IMG/VR virus record: IMGVR_UViG_3300037312_000330
Location: 64,001 to 128,000 of that record
From: a virus
Taxonomy: Duplodnaviria; Caudoviricetes
DNA length: 64,000 nucleotides
Reading direction: 5' to 3' (one strand)
The notes beneath the pieces were generated by a model. That model made no database searches, was not told the origin of the DNA, and saw nothing but the letters and a program-made list of their open reading frames with translations. Both the position numbers and the translations under genes were made by a program. This document shows positions 8,739 to 18,599 of the stretch, piece by piece (within the stretch, counting starts at the first letter, position 1; each line of letters begins with the position of its first letter).

Positions 8739-9306
8739 AGCCAGTATCGAAGTAGGACACGTAGTCAAGTTCCACATCAAGGTGTTTCAGAACAAGAACT
8801 ACGTCCCTTACTACGACGAGTACAAAGGCCATCAGTTCGAGGTCGTGGCCTTCCACTACGAGCGTGAAGATTGCACTTCTTGCGATGGTACTGGAACCAT
8901 CAGTGGCGTGGGTTGCACTGACTGTCTTGGGACAGGAGTTGACTACATGAGTGCGCAAGCATTCCAAGACATAGAAGACGCGCACGTAGAACTCAGATGT
9001 TTGACCGGAGACGTTAAGGTGAAAGGTCACGTCCACTACGATGAGATCCAACACGTTCCGGTGGAATCGTGCGACATGAATGCATTCGATGTCGTTAAAT
9101 ACATCGGGGCCATCCCAATGTCAATCGAAACCAAAGAAGGTGAGCCTCCCAGACAACCAACTGATGCAGAGATCAGACGCTGGCTCGACCAGTCGGCGGT
9201 GATTATCAACGGCAAGCGTCCGAAGGCCAAAGACACTGTCGAATTTCCGATAACGGAGCTTATCTTCTTCCCGAAGAGTGCCAAGAAACGGACCACGGTA
9301 ATCTAA
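8689..9306 (+). CDS. Hypothetical protein with a DnaJ-type CxxCxGxG zinc finger
   Basis: CTSCDGTG and CTDCLGTG. Confidence 0.7.
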   Translation: MSSESNQLNQKTIPKLKASIEVGHVVKFHIKVFQNKNYVPYYDEYKGHQFEVVAFHYEREDCTSCDGTGTISGVGCTDCLGTGVDYMSAQAFQDIEDAHVELRCLTGDVKVKGHVHYDEIQHVPVESCDMNAFDVVKYIGAIPMSIETKEGEPPRQPTDAEIRRWLDQSAVIINGKRPKAKDTVEFPITELIFFPKSAKKRTTVI

Positions 9307-9311
9307 CACCA

Positions 9312-9605
9312 ATGCGATACCCAATCCAGGACGATGCTGTCAAGAAGCTAGACGACTTCGCGATGCCGCTCTATCAACTTAAACGGATCGTCGATACTCT
9401 GATCGAGAAGCATGGGGAGGATGTCATGCTTGCTTGCGACGGTGGTCACAACAACGTGCAATTCGAACTCTATCACGTAATCTCGCCAGAAGAGATTAAC
9501 AAGCTAATCAGTGACAGACGAAAGAAAGGGGTGCCAGACGTACACACCGAAGCGCCTAAGCCGAGGAAAGAAAAGCTCAAGAAACCCAAGCTCAAGACCT
9601 GTTAA
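9312..9605 (+). CDS. Hypothetical protein
   Basis: Packed operon ORF. Confidence 0.65.
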   Translation: MRYPIQDDAVKKLDDFAMPLYQLKRIVDTLIEKHGEDVMLACDGGHNNVQFELYHVISPEEINKLISDRRKKGVPDVHTEAPKPRKEKLKKPKLKTC

Positions 9606-9630
9606 TCAACCCTGAAAGCGAGAACCTGAA

Positions 9631-10311
9631 ATGAAGAACCATCTACCCTTTACCTCCATCGCCATGCTGCGTGCCAGCAGTGCCATCCAAGACCGCGTCA
9701 CGCGCGTCGAGAACAACCTGAAGAAGATCGAGCCGAACTGGCAATCAGAGTGGCTGTTCCCCGCCATCGTAGTCGGACTGAGCAATGGCTTCGATGATGT
9801 GAGCTGGGTGCTGGACAACGAAGACGTGCTGGCACCCGTCGAGGATGCTTACCATTTCGGCATGGGCATTAACATCGACGCCGAGTTGCTGTACAAGACG
9901 GTGACTTCGGAGGATCTCAACCTCAAGAACACTCCGAACAGTCGCTCGGAGATCGAAGCCTCTCTTGCCAAGATGCAGAAAATATTGACCCCGATGCTGC
10001 ATGTAGTCATCGACTGGCGAAAGGGCCTGCATCCGTACACCGTCAACGCAGAGATCAGCGCAGATACCAACACTGTGGAAGACATTCCTGCGACTAGCAG
10101 CCATCGACTCGATCCGGTTGCATCGCTTACCAGTGAGCTTGTGAAATTGGAAACGGCCGACATCATGGCTGTCCTCACTGCGATCAATTCCGCTCGTGGT
10201 GGTCTGCTGAAGGGTGCGAGTTACTCTGAGCTGCAGACGTTCCTGCAGTCAATGACTGGCAACACCAATCTGCATGTCAGTGAATTCGTAGAATCGGATA
10301 GCGCCGCCTAA
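9631..10311 (+). CDS. Hypothetical protein
   Basis: 226-aa ORF followed by a terminator. Confidence 0.75.
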   Translation: MKNHLPFTSIAMLRASSAIQDRVTRVENNLKKIEPNWQSEWLFPAIVVGLSNGFDDVSWVLDNEDVLAPVEDAYHFGMGINIDAELLYKTVTSEDLNLKNTPNSRSEIEASLAKMQKILTPMLHVVIDWRKGLHPYTVNAEISADTNTVEDIPATSSHRLDPVASLTSELVKLETADIMAVLTAINSARGGLLKGASYSELQTFLQSMTGNTNLHVSEFVESDSAA

Positions 10312-10322
10312 TCTTCACACAC

Positions 10323-10343
10323 AGGGCTTCGGCCCCTTCCTTT
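10323..10343 (+). terminator. Intrinsic terminator-like hairpin (UUCG loop)
   Basis: GGGC-TTCG-GCCC followed by a pyrimidine tract. Confidence 0.55.
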
Positions 10344-10361
10344 ATCCAATCAAGATCAATC

Positions 10362-11447
10362 ATGCACACCACTCTCGAACTGCTGAAGCAAACCAAAGCC
10401 TGTGTTCCGGGTTACACCCGGATGATCTCGTTCTTCACAACCGATGCGGGGTTCAAGAAGATGCCTATTCCACTGTGGGCTATTGGCCTGATTGGTGAGT
10501 GGGATGATGTCGAGTGGGCAACCGATAACGCTCTGATCATTGATCCAGTGGCTTTCGAAGTATTGCGACAGTATACCTTCCTGTCGGTGTTTAAAGACAT
10601 GTTTTGGGAACGCTACACAGACAACCACGACGGAAGATCGAAGAACCCTATCATCAACCAAATGGTGGAAGACAGTATCAAGGCACGCTCGAACGAAGAT
10701 GTTCAATCAGTTCTGGACAAGTACCGCAAGTATCACTTTGAGGACCGCATGTGGACACAGATGCTTGAGAACGCTGTCTGGTATTGTCCACACGAGTACA
10801 TCAAGTTCGTGTACCAGAACATGGGAAATACGATCCACTACGCACATCGCCAGCGTTATCGTCGACGGAGAGTGGACTTCAAGGACGCATACTACTATCC
10901 GTATGTGAAGGGCGAATCGAAAGCCTACAATTTTGCGCGTCTATGCTGTGGCGGACGTGATCCGTATCCAGTGATGCTGGAACTGATGGCTCACACCAAG
11001 CTGGGATCTAAGAAAGGATTCCAGTTGACTTCTATCCAAGAAGGCGGCGCTACGAAGTACGCAGCCACTCTTCACTTCTCCGCACCACGTCAGATTTTCC
11101 ATGCATATCATTTGTTGATGGGTGGTGAGCTTAAAATCAACGAGATCACAAATGTAAATGCTACGGCAAATGCGATTGCCCAAGCTGTTGGATCCATCGG
11201 TACTCTTGAGAGTCTTGATGAAGACTCCATTAACAATCTGGTCAAACAAGCGAATCCTACAGATAACGAAGGACTCGCTGCAGCCGCAAAGCTGGATGGA
11301 GAGATGTTAGCGACGGCGTCCGACGATGAAGATAAGAAACCCACGTCCACACTTCGGAAGGCAGTTTCGATTCGCCGTAGAATTGCACTCACCGAAGATA
11401 CCGACGACACCGACGATACCGCAGAGACGGTTGAAGACGAAATGTGA
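10362..11447 (+). CDS. Hypothetical protein
   Basis: 361-aa ORF with acidic tail. Confidence 0.8.
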   Translation: MHTTLELLKQTKACVPGYTRMISFFTTDAGFKKMPIPLWAIGLIGEWDDVEWATDNALIIDPVAFEVLRQYTFLSVFKDMFWERYTDNHDGRSKNPIINQMVEDSIKARSNEDVQSVLDKYRKYHFEDRMWTQMLENAVWYCPHEYIKFVYQNMGNTIHYAHRQRYRRRRVDFKDAYYYPYVKGESKAYNFARLCCGGRDPYPVMLELMAHTKLGSKKGFQLTSIQEGGATKYAATLHFSAPRQIFHAYHLLMGGELKINEITNVNATANAIAQAVGSIGTLESLDEDSINNLVKQANPTDNEGLAAAAKLDGEMLATASDDEDKKPTSTLRKAVSIRRRIALTEDTDDTDDTAETVEDEM

Positions 11448-12556
11448 TGCTTAGTTCGCATGCTGTTCTGAACCCATCGTGGGAGCATTTGTTTGCTCCT
11501 GTTCTTGAACGGAAGGACCCAAGGCTAATGAATTGGGTCCATGCTGTGGCCTATCGCTACATCAAGGAGAACCTTGCCGATCTGTGCTACCGTGTGCTAG
11601 TTGAGACATCAACAGTTGAATACGATGAGATAGAACTAGACACCCCATTTGGTTGGGGACCAAAGATAAAGTTGGCGGGAAAGTCGCACTTCAAGATATC
11701 TGGCTGGATCTACCCGCGTAGAGACCGTGACATGATGCGGCCATCTCTATCAGGCGATCCCTATGTCATCAGTTCTCAAGTCACATTCGACAATCATCGC
11801 CATCAGGTGGGCACTCTCGGATGGTTGCGTTCTAACGCCACCTATCTACAAGAACAACGATTCGAACACAGGATAGACATCGAGTATATTCCTCCAAACG
11901 ACGCCGAGGTTCCCTCCGTAGGACAGGACATCTTGATCTTCGCAGCGCACGAGCAATTGATCGATCTTAAAGACTGGCTACTGAACGGGGCGCGCGTACC
12001 TCTAACAGCAACTAAGCTGCCTCTTAAAGAGGCACTACGTCTTGCCAAGGAATGGCACGAACGCGAAGACAAGAAGAGGCAGAAAGCCGCGCTCAAGAAA
12101 CAACCCAGAGGCGAACGTATTTTGATGGGCAGACTGACGGTCAACCCAGGATTCGGATGTCCACCAGGAACGTACGAACTATTCTGGCTCAAGGACAAGG
12201 TGGCTCTGGAATACGAGACAGTACTCCAACATCATTGCGTGTGGAGTTATTGGCCGGAAGTAGAAAACAGAAAATCTGTGATCCTTCACTTGCGCAATGT
12301 TGATCCCGAGAAGCCTAACGATCGATGGACCATAGATCTGAGGACAATGACGTTAACAGGAGGTTCACCGATCATCCGAGTTGCCCAAATGCGCGGTGTC
12401 GTCAATGCACCATGTCATCCAGACCTATCTACAGGGTTTGGCAACTTGTTTCTTAGCACTCGTTCTAGTTTGTTCCGCATTAGCCAAGCCGAACAGGACC
12501 GTATTGTCGAACAGATCGTGGAGCATTTCGAACACCACCAGAGGAGTAAGATATGA
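11444..12556 (+). CDS. PcfJ-like domain protein
   Basis: LEYETVLQHHCVWSY...SVILHLRN...WTIDL...VAQMRGVVN. Confidence 0.7.
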   Translation: MMLSSHAVLNPSWEHLFAPVLERKDPRLMNWVHAVAYRYIKENLADLCYRVLVETSTVEYDEIELDTPFGWGPKIKLAGKSHFKISGWIYPRRDRDMMRPSLSGDPYVISSQVTFDNHRHQVGTLGWLRSNATYLQEQRFEHRIDIEYIPPNDAEVPSVGQDILIFAAHEQLIDLKDWLLNGARVPLTATKLPLKEALRLAKEWHEREDKKRQKAALKKQPRGERILMGRLTVNPGFGCPPGTYELFWLKDKVALEYETVLQHHCVWSYWPEVENRKSVILHLRNVDPEKPNDRWTIDLRTMTLTGGSPIIRVAQMRGVVNAPCHPDLSTGFGNLFLSTRSSLFRISQAEQDRIVEQIVEHFEHHQRSKI

Positions 12557-13530
12557 GATTCTCTGACATACCAACTATCTTCCTGTCGTATGCAGAGGAC
12601 AATGCAGACGACAACTATCAGCTACTTCTGCAGCAGAACCCGAATGCACAACGAGTGCATGGTGTTAAGGGATTCGACTCCGCGCACAGAGCTGCTAGTG
12701 TGAAGGCTCGTGAGATAAAGAACACGCCGTACTTCATCACTGTCGACGGCGACAATGAGACATTCCCGGAGTTCTGGCGGCTACACACGCAAGACATTCC
12801 ATTCCACAAACTTGGCTTCCCGGTCAAGGATGGTGAGATGCCGAATCGCTTTGTTCTCAGTTGGAACGCCTACAATCCGATGACCGGTCTCTACTACGGC
12901 AACGGTGGTCTCAAATTGTGGACACACTCGTTCATCGACCAGATGACGACGCACGAGCAAACCAACGGCAAAATTGTGGACTTCTGCTGGGATCCGACTT
13001 ACGTTCAGCTCACACGTATCTACGGATACACCAGACCATACGGATCGGAGCGTCAGGCATTCACGGCCGGCTTCCGAGAAGGTGTGAAGATGCCTCTGGT
13101 GCAAGGCAAACCACTGGATTCCGCGTATGAGATTAGCCAGAGGGCGTATCCTCTGAATCTACAACGCCTTATTACGTGGTGCTCGGTAGGCAAGCACATG
13201 GAATACGGTGATGCTTCCGTATCCGGTGCATTGTTTGGTTTGTGGTCTGTTCATGTAGAGAAGAGCGTTCCGTTCGAAGACGTGTCGGACCTTGATCGTA
13301 TTAGAGAATACTACGAAGTCTGGAAAGCCGATTTCAACCGCGACGAAGAAGATTCACAGTATCCAACAGACATTGAGATGCGTCGAGAGATCCTTGCCAA
13401 GACAGGCATCGACATCCCAATGTTCGGCCCCAAACAGTCCGCATACATAATTCAAAGAACTCTCCCAATAAACAACGCAGCACCATTCGAAAAAGAGACA
13501 TGGCCGACACCACTAGAAGCGAAGTTCTAA
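12553..13530 (+). CDS. GT-A-fold glycosyltransferase-like protein
   Basis: FLSYAE, VHGVKGFDSAH, YFITVDGDN (DxD-like), NPMTGLYYGNGGLKLW, AFTAGFREGVKM. Confidence 0.65.
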   Translation: MRFSDIPTIFLSYAEDNADDNYQLLLQQNPNAQRVHGVKGFDSAHRAASVKAREIKNTPYFITVDGDNETFPEFWRLHTQDIPFHKLGFPVKDGEMPNRFVLSWNAYNPMTGLYYGNGGLKLWTHSFIDQMTTHEQTNGKIVDFCWDPTYVQLTRIYGYTRPYGSERQAFTAGFREGVKMPLVQGKPLDSAYEISQRAYPLNLQRLITWCSVGKHMEYGDASVSGALFGLWSVHVEKSVPFEDVSDLDRIREYYEVWKADFNRDEEDSQYPTDIEMRREILAKTGIDIPMFGPKQSAYIIQRTLPINNAAPFEKETWPTPLEAKF

Positions 13531-14669
13531 TCATCACCAACGGCTCCGGCCTTAGCAAGAGTGCCAATGTCAAAGCATGGAAAGATTGGGCGTCCGATCT
13601 TCCCACCAAGGTTGTTAGCGGCGGACTAGAAGATGTGGCCCCATTTGAGGGGTTCACGCACGCTTGGATTGCAGACGCCAACTACTTGCCCTTCGCTTCC
13701 GCATTTAGATCAGAGATGCGGAAGCAGATCCCCGTAACTGCAGAATACGCAGTGTTCTCAGTGACAAAGCCACTGGCTGCTCGACATTTCTACGACGAGA
13801 AGTGGACCACGGACCAGGACAAGCACGACAAATTCGGCGGCATCCGCTACTTGAACACAAAGGGACTTGCATCTGTATACCAGACAGACCAGACGTTCAT
13901 GGGGCGTGAGATCAGCTTTGTGAGCTATCAGGCTTCGCGATTGGGCTTTCCTTATTGTGTGTTCCAGTTGGCTTCTAACGAGCCCAAGATCATCGTCGAT
14001 GAGAACTTCGTAACTGTCCAGCACGTATATCACGGTGCCCATAAGATGGCATTCCCGGAGTTCAATATCCTGGACAGCCACAAGGAACTCGCATCTAGGT
14101 CTGACACCGACATCTTCGTTGTGTTCGACGCCGACTTCCAGTTGGACACTGAGCTCCTGAACGACGAGTTCAAACCTTGGGAGCTTGATTCGGTGCACGT
14201 TTGGTATGCACGCAATCCTGTGAACGGCCTGGAATATGGACACGGCGGTCCCAAGGCGTTCAATCGCAACGCTTTCACCAAGCTGGATGATAGAACTGTT
14301 GACGTCACCACAAATGCGAGTAGCTCCAGACTAACTGTCCACAGACAGTGCGTTGGTGTGCACGCCTTTAACTGGAGTCCCATGTCCACTTGGAGAACAG
14401 CGTTCCGGGAGGCTGCGAAGCTGTCTATGGGGATAAACACGATCGTCGATGCCGATCAATACAAGGAAGCCTTCTTCCGCCTCGATACATGGTGCAAGGT
14501 GGCGAAACCAGACGTTGACTACGGAGACCTATGCACCGATGGAGCGACCTGTGGTCGCAAGTGGGTTGAACGTGTAAATAATAGGGCAGACGTCCTAAAG
14601 ATCAACGACTTCGCTTGGCTGGAGGACGAGTTCCAAAAACGACACGGACCAGAATCAGAAAGAGGGTAA
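13500..14669 (+). CDS. GT-A-fold glycosyltransferase-like protein (paralog of 12553)
   Basis: VVFDADF, NPVNGLEYGHGGPKAF, WRTAFREAAKL. Confidence 0.65.
   Translation: MADTTRSEVLIITNGSGLSKSANVKAWKDWASDLPTKVVSGGLEDVAPFEGFTHAWIADANYLPFASAFRSEMRKQIPVTAEYAVFSVTKPLAARHFYDEKWTTDQDKHDKFGGIRYLNTKGLASVYQTDQTFMGREISFVSYQASRLGFPYCVFQLASNEPKIIVDENFVTVQHVYHGAHKMAFPEFNILDSHKELASRSDTDIFVVFDADFQLDTELLNDEFKPWELDSVHVWYARNPVNGLEYGHGGPKAFNRNAFTKLDDRTVDVTTNASSSRLTVHRQCVGVHAFNWSPMSTWRTAFREAAKLSMGINTIVDADQYKEAFFRLDTWCKVAKPDVDYGDLCTDGATCGRKWVERVNNRADVLKINDFAWLEDEFQKRHGPESERG
14573..14580 (+). promoter_or_regulatory. TGTAAATA motif (in the 3' end of the upstream CDS)
   Basis: TGTAAATAATAGGG, identical 14-mer to the 1357 copy; 91 nt before 14671. 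Confidence 0.45.
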
Positions 14670-14670
14670 A

Positions 14671-15153
14671 ATGGGCGTAAGAAAGTATCTCGATATCCCG
14701 AGAATCTATTTGGACATGGACGGCCCCTTGGCCGATTTCGATCGTGCGATCATAGAGACCGGCACTCCAGGCAACGTGCTCAAACTCCAGCCTGGAGTTT
14801 TCCGCAATCTGAAAGTTGTTCCAGGTGCCAAGTCGGCAGTTGCGAGACTGCGTGCGCTTGCTGTTGACGTCTGGATCATGACAAAGAGTCCAGACGGTTC
14901 GACGCTCGCTGCCAGTGAAAAACAAGCATGGCAACAAGAACATTTTCCGGAACTTCGTGATCACATCATTATCACACCTGATAAAGGATGTGTAGGTCGA
15001 GAATGTGACTTTCTTGTAGACGATCATCCAGAGTGGGCCAACGCCAGGAATTTCCCTGGAACTGTGATCAAGTTCATTCCGGTCTACGACACGGATGGGG
15101 AGAGTTCCAACAACTGGAACGAAATTGTAGAACGTTTAAGAGCAATATTTTGA
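14671..15153 (+). CDS. HAD-family 5'(3')-deoxyribonucleotidase-like protein
   Basis: IYLDMDGPLADF motif I; LVDDHPEW. Confidence 0.8.
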   Translation: MGVRKYLDIPRIYLDMDGPLADFDRAIIETGTPGNVLKLQPGVFRNLKVVPGAKSAVARLRALAVDVWIMTKSPDGSTLAASEKQAWQQEHFPELRDHIIITPDKGCVGRECDFLVDDHPEWANARNFPGTVIKFIPVYDTDGESSNNWNEIVERLRAIF

Positions 15154-15170
15154 CCAAACTGGAGAACGAA

Positions 15171-15413
15171 ATGTTTGAACTCGGAAGAACATACAGGGAC
15201 CTCATCACTGGCTTCACTGGAGTGGCAACCGGTCATGTCCGTTACATCAGCGGATGCAACCAAGTGCTGCTTCAGCCGCCTGTGGACAAGGAAGGCAAGC
15301 TGCGTGAACCGCAGTGGTTTGACGAACAACGTCTGGAAGTCAAGGGCACCAAAGCTATCGTTCTTGACAATAGTGAAACTCCAGGATTCGACGCACCCGC
15401 GCCGAAACGATAA
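15171..15413 (+). CDS. Hypothetical phage protein
   Basis: GGAG SD; DLITGFTGVATG...YISGCNQVLLQP...WFDEQRL motif. Confidence 0.75.
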   Translation: MFELGRTYRDLITGFTGVATGHVRYISGCNQVLLQPPVDKEGKLREPQWFDEQRLEVKGTKAIVLDNSETPGFDAPAPKR

Positions 15414-15450
15414 CTTTTATCCAACTGTCTTTACCCGAGGAGAGCAGAGC

Positions 15451-15819
15451 ATGGCAAAGAAGCAGAAGCAGAAAGAACAAGTTCTTCGCGAGATCAAGCT
15501 GACTGATGCTACCAAGGTCGTGATCAGTAGCTTCCTAATCAAAGGTGACGATGATGGGGATACGCTGTACATCAACGTGCGCAAGTTCTACAAGAAGAAG
15601 TCCGACAACGAATGGAAGCCGGACAAGCAAGGCATCGTGCTGCCACACGCCAAGAGCAAAAGGGTGATCAAGGCCATGATCGAGACCTACCAGAATGCCA
15701 AGGAAGAGGCCGTGCCGCTACCTCCGAAGGAAGACAAGCCGAAGGGCAAAAAGGGGAATACATATAAGATGGACGGCTCTGGTCGGAAAGTTCCTATCGA
15801 TAACGAAGATGATGAGTAA
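15451..15819 (+). CDS. PC4/YdbC-like ssDNA-binding protein
   Basis: YINVRKFYKKKSDNEWKPDKQGIVL. Confidence 0.7.
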   Translation: MAKKQKQKEQVLREIKLTDATKVVISSFLIKGDDDGDTLYINVRKFYKKKSDNEWKPDKQGIVLPHAKSKRVIKAMIETYQNAKEEAVPLPPKEDKPKGKKGNTYKMDGSGRKVPIDNEDDE

Positions 15820-16018
15820 GCCGACCAAGGATATGTACCTCAAACGTGCCCAAATGTGCTACCTGCAAATAGAGCACCATGAACGGCGCTCTATGAGTCT
15901 CTCTGGAAATCCTCTCTCGCGTGAAAGCACTACCTATCGCTTCCTCGGTAGGAGCATGTGGTTCAACATGATGGCATGGGCCGGTTTCCCAATGCGGCTT
16001 GAGAAAGTCGAACTATGA
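15812..16018 (+). CDS. Hypothetical protein
   Basis: Overlapping start within track ORF 15695..16018. Confidence 0.5.
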   Translation: MSKPTKDMYLKRAQMCYLQIEHHERRSMSLSGNPLSRESTTYRFLGRSMWFNMMAWAGFPMRLEKVEL

Positions 16019-16314
16019 ACAGCAGACTCCTCGCGGAAATGGCGCGTCGTGGTGAGGTATTCATCTCATTAGAGATGAGCGAAGAAGACGTTCTTGCTCG
16101 TATGAGAGACGCATACAACCTGACATGTGCTGGGAAAGCTACTACCTCAATTCCGGGGAACAATTCTGCTCTGTGGTGCTATCGATGTGGCGAAGGGACC
16201 GTAGCCGGAATGTGTCGTCAGGAGATCAAACGTCCTGTAAATAGTCAGGCCAACATCACCAACCATTCTGAAGGAAATCATGGCAAAAACTGCGAAAGAA
16301 AAGAAGGGCGCTAA
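16015..16314 (+). CDS. Hypothetical protein
   Basis: ATGA overlap. Confidence 0.5.
   Translation: MNSRLLAEMARRGEVFISLEMSEEDVLARMRDAYNLTCAGKATTSIPGNNSALWCYRCGEGTVAGMCRQEIKRPVNSQANITNHSEGNHGKNCERKEGR
16236..16243 (+). promoter_or_regulatory. TGTAAATA motif
   Basis: 37 nt upstream of 16280. Confidence 0.6.
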
Positions 16315-16963
16315 GCCCGAGAAAAAGAAAGACGGCGAAAAGAAGCTGTCTCCACTGGAAAAGGCCCGTCTGGCTAAGAAGGCTGGCAAGGGTGGAAAGA
16401 AGCCTGCGAAAAAGAAGAACGCACCTCCGGTGTTCAAGGCCCCTGACGAATTCAAGCCGTTCTTCTTCCGTGCTGCTGTCAAGATCGCCAAAGATGGTTT
16501 CATCCAAGACGTCAAGATGGTCCGCATCAAAGGCAGTCTCACCAACGAGAATGCCAAGACAGTCGACATGTCCGAGTGGGATCCGGTTACCTTCAACCGT
16601 TTCTGCACGCGATACGGCACTGGAACGTTTGCTACCAACATCGCGAAGCGTCTGCCTCCCGGTCAGATGGTCAAGTTCGCAGGTCGCGTGTCCATCAAGT
16701 CCACGACTGGTGGCCTGAACGTAAGCCTCAAGGAATTCAAGCTTGTGGACACAACCACCAAGAAGGCCAAGGAAATTGGTCCGAAGAGTTCCAAGGAACT
16801 GGCTTCTGTGTATCGTCTGGCACGCAAGCCCGCGAAGTTCCTGCCCGCCGCTTTCGTCAATGTGAAGCCCTTCCCGTCCGGTGCCGAACTCAAGGCGATG
16901 GCAAAGGAAAAGGACAGCGAGTCCGAAGTCAAGATCAAGAGCAAGAAGAAATCCAAGAAGTAA
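16280..16963 (+). CDS. Very basic Lys/Ala-rich protein (putative DNA-condensing protein)
   Basis: K-rich termini, AAGGA SD, followed by a terminator. Confidence 0.8.
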   Translation: MAKTAKEKKGAKPEKKKDGEKKLSPLEKARLAKKAGKGGKKPAKKKNAPPVFKAPDEFKPFFFRAAVKIAKDGFIQDVKMVRIKGSLTNENAKTVDMSEWDPVTFNRFCTRYGTGTFATNIAKRLPPGQMVKFAGRVSIKSTTGGLNVSLKEFKLVDTTTKKAKEIGPKSSKELASVYRLARKPAKFLPAAFVNVKPFPSGAELKAMAKEKDSESEVKIKSKKKSKK

Positions 16964-16973
16964 TCGGACCACA

Positions 16974-17002
16974 AACCGGGACGCTATGTCCCGGTTCTCT
17001 TT
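16974..17002 (+). terminator. Intrinsic terminator
   Basis: AACCGGGAC-gctat-GTCCCGGTT followed by CTCTTT. Confidence 0.65.
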
Positions 17003-17020
17003 CCTACAGGTACTTGAATC

Positions 17021-17818
17021 ATGTCGCTCAAGCTGCCAGAAGAATACGTGCTAGCGCGAGAGATCTACAATATGATCGCTTGCGTACCAATCGGTCAGAA
17101 GATCAGTCGCAACGAGATCAACATGCGACTGAGAGCACAAAGCAATGACAAGAAGATAGGGATCATCAGCAAGGTACTTCGCAGTATGTTGCTTCTTGAC
17201 CAGATCCAGAAGCGAATGCACCGCGAGTCGTGCCAAGTGGTCTTTTGGGCAACAGCTAGTTCCACAGAACGTGGGGAGCAGATCTTTATTCGCGATGGTG
17301 AAGAGCAGCCCACCAACTATCTGGTGGATCCACCGCCACCTAAGCCTGCACCTACTCCAGCACCTTTACCTGTTCCACCTAAGGTCGTTCCACCGCCAGA
17401 ACCGGAATCATTGCTGACGCAGGTCAAGGCATTCTTGAACAAACGCGAAACGGGCTGCACATTGCGCGTCCTATTGCACCATTTCCCACTGCGTAAGCAG
17501 GAAGTAATCGATCTAGTTCACACACTGTGGCAGGATGGTGAATTGGGAATGGACAGCACTTCAAGCCGTTCAAACGTGTACTTGTGGCTTCCTCACGTAA
17601 AGACAAGCTACGTCAATGACGTACTGCTTGATACATCCAAAGAGGATGAAACTGAAAAGGAAGAAGACACAAGTGACGACGAGGAGTTCTACATGATGCG
17701 AGACTTGAAGTCGAAACGTAATCGCGTTCTGTTGCGACCGACTGGAGACACTATCGTGCTAACGGTTGAAGAGATTGAATGGATAAAGAAACTGAAGAAA
17801 CCGTATGTGACGCTCTAG
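17021..17818 (+). CDS. Hypothetical protein with a Pro-rich linker
   Basis: 265-aa ORF. Confidence 0.75.
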   Translation: MSLKLPEEYVLAREIYNMIACVPIGQKISRNEINMRLRAQSNDKKIGIISKVLRSMLLLDQIQKRMHRESCQVVFWATASSTERGEQIFIRDGEEQPTNYLVDPPPPKPAPTPAPLPVPPKVVPPPEPESLLTQVKAFLNKRETGCTLRVLLHHFPLRKQEVIDLVHTLWQDGELGMDSTSSRSNVYLWLPHVKTSYVNDVLLDTSKEDETEKEEDTSDDEEFYMMRDLKSKRNRVLLRPTGDTIVLTVEEIEWIKKLKKPYVTL

Positions 17819-17826
17819 CAAATGAA

Positions 17827-17848
17827 AACGGGACCCTAAGGTCCCGTT
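17827..17848. terminator. Probable bidirectional terminator between convergent genes
   Basis: AACGGGACC-ctaa-GGTCCCGTT. Confidence 0.65.
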
Positions 17849-17859
17849 GTAATGCCTGA

Positions 17860-18483
17860 TTAGGCAGCGTGGAAGGCCAGCGCTCCACCAATCTGTAGCC
17901 ACTTGCCAGCCGCAGTGTAGATGAACATCGTTGCGCCAACTTGGTTCGCTGTTCCAGCACCGTTAGCACCGGCCAGCGAGAAGTTAGAACCCCAAGTGAT
18001 TGTCCGACTGCCGGTTCCGTCCTGTGTGAACGTGAACACAAGGATCTTACCAACTGCGGCCTTCGTCGGATTCGCCACAGTGATGTTGCCGGTCAACGTT
18101 CCCACCGAGATGTGCGTCACAGCGTCACTAGCCGCTGGGGTGATCGTCGCCGCATACGCGATCGGAGTGCTGGACGGAGGAGCCAGACGACCACCAGCCG
18201 AGTTGTCAGAAATCGGCACCACGGCGTCGTCTTGAGCGATGACGAATCCGCCAGCACTCTTGACAGTGACGCGGAACGTGCTGTTGCCAGCACGGACGTA
18301 GCAATCGACTTGACCGTCGGAGTCCAGAGCGATAGCATTGCCTGTCAGTTGCTGCGTACCAGCAGCGTCAGCGTACAGACGCACCTTGTTGTTGGAACCT
18401 GTTTCCGTGATGTAGGCGGTTCCGACAGCAGGAGCGCCATTCACGGTAAAGCGACGTGTCAGTCGCAGAACTGGATAGCCCAT
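17860..18483 (-). CDS. Virion accessory or head-binding-like beta-rich protein
   Basis: LYADAAGTQQLTGNAIALDSDG resembles tailspike N-terminal head-binding segments; Gly/Ala/Thr-rich C-terminal domain; AGGA SD. Confidence 0.6.
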   Translation of the reverse strand: MGYPVLRLTRRFTVNGAPAVGTAYITETGSNNKVRLYADAAGTQQLTGNAIALDSDGQVDCYVRAGNSTFRVTVKSAGGFVIAQDDAVVPISDNSAGGRLAPPSSTPIAYAATITPAASDAVTHISVGTLTGNITVANPTKAAVGKILVFTFTQDGTGSRTITWGSNFSLAGANGAGTANQVGATMFIYTAAGKWLQIGGALAFHAA

Positions 18484-18586
18484 TGTGTGTTTTCCTATAG
18501 GATGGTTGATAAAGCAAGAGCGACTTGCATAATCAAACTAGCATGTGCCAGTATGAGAATAAATGGAACAAGGAACACCAACGAAC

Positions 18587-18594
18587 TGTAAATA
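18587..18594 (+). promoter_or_regulatory. TGTAAATA motif upstream of the group I-like RNA
   Basis: ACGAACTGTAAATAG, same 15-mer as the 50442 copy. Confidence 0.6.
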
Positions 18595-18599
18595 GGCAG

